A stretch of DNA of 64,000 bases. Origin: an uncultured Anaerolineales bacterium (GTDB lineage: Bacteria > Chloroflexota > Anaerolineae > Anaerolineales > UBA11858). Of this stretch, positions 63,126 through 64,000 are shown one piece after another. A program made the translations under genes and the position numbers. Under the pieces are notes generated by a model, which searched no databases, was not told where the DNA came from, and saw only the letters and a list, made by a program, of their open reading frames with translations. Location of the stretch: the NCBI GenBank assembly GCA_964406305.1, contig CAYORF010000005.1, positions 729 through 64,728 on the forward strand. Reading direction: 5' to 3'. Numbering within the stretch: position 1 is the first letter of the stretch; the number at the start of each line of letters is the position of its first letter.

Positions 63126-64000
63126 ATGGGTGGTTTGACAACTATTCCCGGTTTTAAAGTAGGCCACGCTCAGGACATGGATGCATTAACAGGCTGCACC
63201 GTGATCCTTTGCCCCCCAAACACGGTGGGTGGTGTGGACCAGCGGGGAGGTGCTCCTGGCACCAGGGAAACTGATCTGTTACACCCCATGCACCTGGTGA
63301 ACCAGGTAACAGCTATTTTGTTAACAGGCGGTTCCGCTTTTGGGCTGGATGCCGCTGCAGGGGTGATGCGCTACTGCGAAGAAAATAAAATGGGCTTCGA
63401 TGCCAATTATGCCACCGTACCTATTGTGCCAGCCGCAGTATTATTCGATCTGGGTATTGGAGATCCTAATATTCGTCCAGATGCTGAGATGGGCTACCAG
63501 GCCTGCTTGAACGCTTCCGGGGACACGCCTGCAGAAGGCAACGTGGGAGCCGGCACTGGAGCAACAGTTGGAAAAGTGTTATCTCCAAAAATGTCTACCA
63601 AGTCCGGTATCGGAACTGCCGTTGTGGATCTGGGTGGAGGGGGAAAAGTAGCAGCGATTGTGGCTGTGAATGCCTTTGGGGATGTAGTTGATCCAGAGAG
63701 CGGCGAGATCATCGCAGGCGCCCGGGGTATTAAAGGTTATGCGGATACACTAAAGGTGATGAAATCATTTATTGGCCGGAAAGTGATGGGATTTTCAACT
63801 GGTCCGGATAACACTGTGATTGGCGTGGTAGCGACCAATGTGAAACTTAATAAAGAACAGATCACTCGGGTGGCCCTGATGGCTCATAACGGTCTTGCCC
63901 GCACTATACGCCCGGCTTTCACCCTGCTGGACGGAGATACAGTTTTTGCGCTGTCTAGCGGTGAGGTGGAAATGGATTTGAATATTGTTGGCGCCTATGC
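63126..64000 (+). CDS. P1-family (DmpA/S58-like) peptidase, 3'-truncated by window end
   Basis: My own translation is open to the window end: MGGLTTIPGFKVGHAQDMDALTGCTVILCP.., GNVGAGTGATVGK. AGGAGG RBS upstream. Not in the ORF track because no stop lies in the window. Confidence 0.8.
   Translation, partial: MGGLTTIPGFKVGHAQDMDALTGCTVILCPPNTVGGVDQRGGAPGTRETDLLHPMHLVNQVTAILLTGGSAFGLDAAAGVMRYCEENKMGFDANYATVPIVPAAVLFDLGIGDPNIRPDAEMGYQACLNASGDTPAEGNVGAGTGATVGKVLSPKMSTKSGIGTAVVDLGGGGKVAAIVAVNAFGDVVDPESGEIIAGARGIKGYADTLKVMKSFIGRKVMGFSTGPDNTVIGVVATNVKLNKEQITRVALMAHNGLARTIRPAFTLLDGDTVFALSSGEVEMDLNIVGAY

Noticed and set aside
62482-63141. 219-aa minus-strand ORF overlapping the end of the CapA-like gene and the start of the peptidase gene.
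   Set aside because: It is antisense to two well-supported plus-strand genes and has no recognisable motifs.

Overview
This is a gene-dense 64-kb chromosomal window with about 60 protein-coding genes on both strands, many joined by 0-30 nt gaps or 4-nt overlaps. I found no rRNA, tRNA, CRISPR array, transposase, integrase or prophage signature.

Recognisable housekeeping genes:
- rsmG, recF, def, a phosphohexomutase, tyrS, and ileS preceded by a clear T-box leader
- ftsK, lgt, lspA, an rluD-like gene, ltaE, a purine nucleoside phosphorylase, comEA and an S1-domain protein
- kynureninase, a fused formimidoyltransferase-cyclodeaminase, a CapA-like protein and a P1-family peptidase that runs off the 3' end

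Less ordinary content:
1. 0.1-3.6 kb is an envelope-stress-like block. It holds a PspC-domain gene convergent with a six-gene operon: two tandem small paralogs, DUF2089, DUF4097 and two further proteins. Four consecutive products carry a YvlB/LiaX-type SHOCT-like motif.
2. 3.8-8.4 kb holds three tandem LysM-M23 lipoprotein paralogs.
3. 16.4-25.2 kb is my best candidate for an undescribed system. It is a translationally coupled nine-gene minus-strand operon combining an orphan MutL-type actin-fold ATPase, four membrane proteins, a 1000-aa zinc-ribbon protein with about 15 acidic W-x-x-L motifs, and an LPDTG-tailed Thr/Pro-rich protein.
4. 37.2-41.5 kb is a metal module: a DtxR-box promoter, a DtxR-family repressor, a membrane-anchored DtxR-like/FeoA-FeoA fusion, and FeoB split into separate GTPase and permease genes.
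5. An MFS gene is interrupted by an in-frame TAG, and the downstream in-frame codons still encode a plausible last TM helix.
6. Several intergenic hairpins and inverted repeats are present.

The T-box leader, LPXTG-type signal, lipoprotein machinery and general protein flavour suggest a monoderm-like, possibly filamentous Chloroflexota (Anaerolineae-like) organism. That taxon call is a guess. All family assignments come from motif recognition by eye, not from database searches.
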